Below are positions 63,941-64,000 of a stretch of 64,000 nt of DNA, piece after piece. Within the stretch, counting starts at the first letter, position 1, and the number at the start of each line of letters is the position of its first letter. The stretch lies in assembly GCA_964234715.1 (NCBI GenBank), contig OZ174281.1; one strand, written 5' to 3'. A program made the position numbers and the translations under genes. The notes below the pieces were generated by a model. The model worked only from the letters and a program-made list of their open reading frames with translations, was not told where the DNA came from and did not search any database. The stretch is from Podarcis melisellensis. Lineage: Eukaryota.

Positions 63941-64000
63941 GAAAAGAAAAGAAAAGAAAAGAAAAGAAAAGAAAAGAAAAGAAAAGAAAAGAAAAGAAAA
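63941..64000. repeat. (GAAAA)n microsatellite running off the window end
   Basis: Read directly from the sequence. Confidence 0.95.

Overview
Vertebrate genomic DNA, almost certainly from a squamate and probably a lacertid lizard, judging by the Sauria SINEs and Bov-B LINE. The minus strand carries the 3' part of LAMA3 (laminin alpha-3). It comprises two exons specific to the long alpha-3B isoform, the internal promoter and signal-peptide first exon of the short alpha-3A isoform, and 37 shared exons (LE repeats, coiled coil, LG1-LG5) down to the stop at 8362 and a poly(A) signal at 7795-7800. I spliced the exons by hand with GT-AG boundaries and matching phases. The 38 alpha-3A coding exons total 5154 nt, an intact frame of 1717 aa plus stop. 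The introns and the 3' flank (1-7.7 kb) hold many transposable elements: a young 5'-truncated Bov-B, four Sauria SINEs, a tRNA-Asn/CR1-tail SINE, pogo/Tigger-like and hAT MITEs, L1/L2 fragments, Penelope-like hammerhead remnants and a 3'-truncated 5S rRNA retrocopy. There is one 146-N assembly gap. No new protein-coding system is evident. The best hypotheses are at RNA level: an inverted MITE pair bracketing 11 exons (circRNA architecture), a possible LG3-terminated isoform, and conservation of the AP-1/TATA alpha-3A promoter in a reptile.
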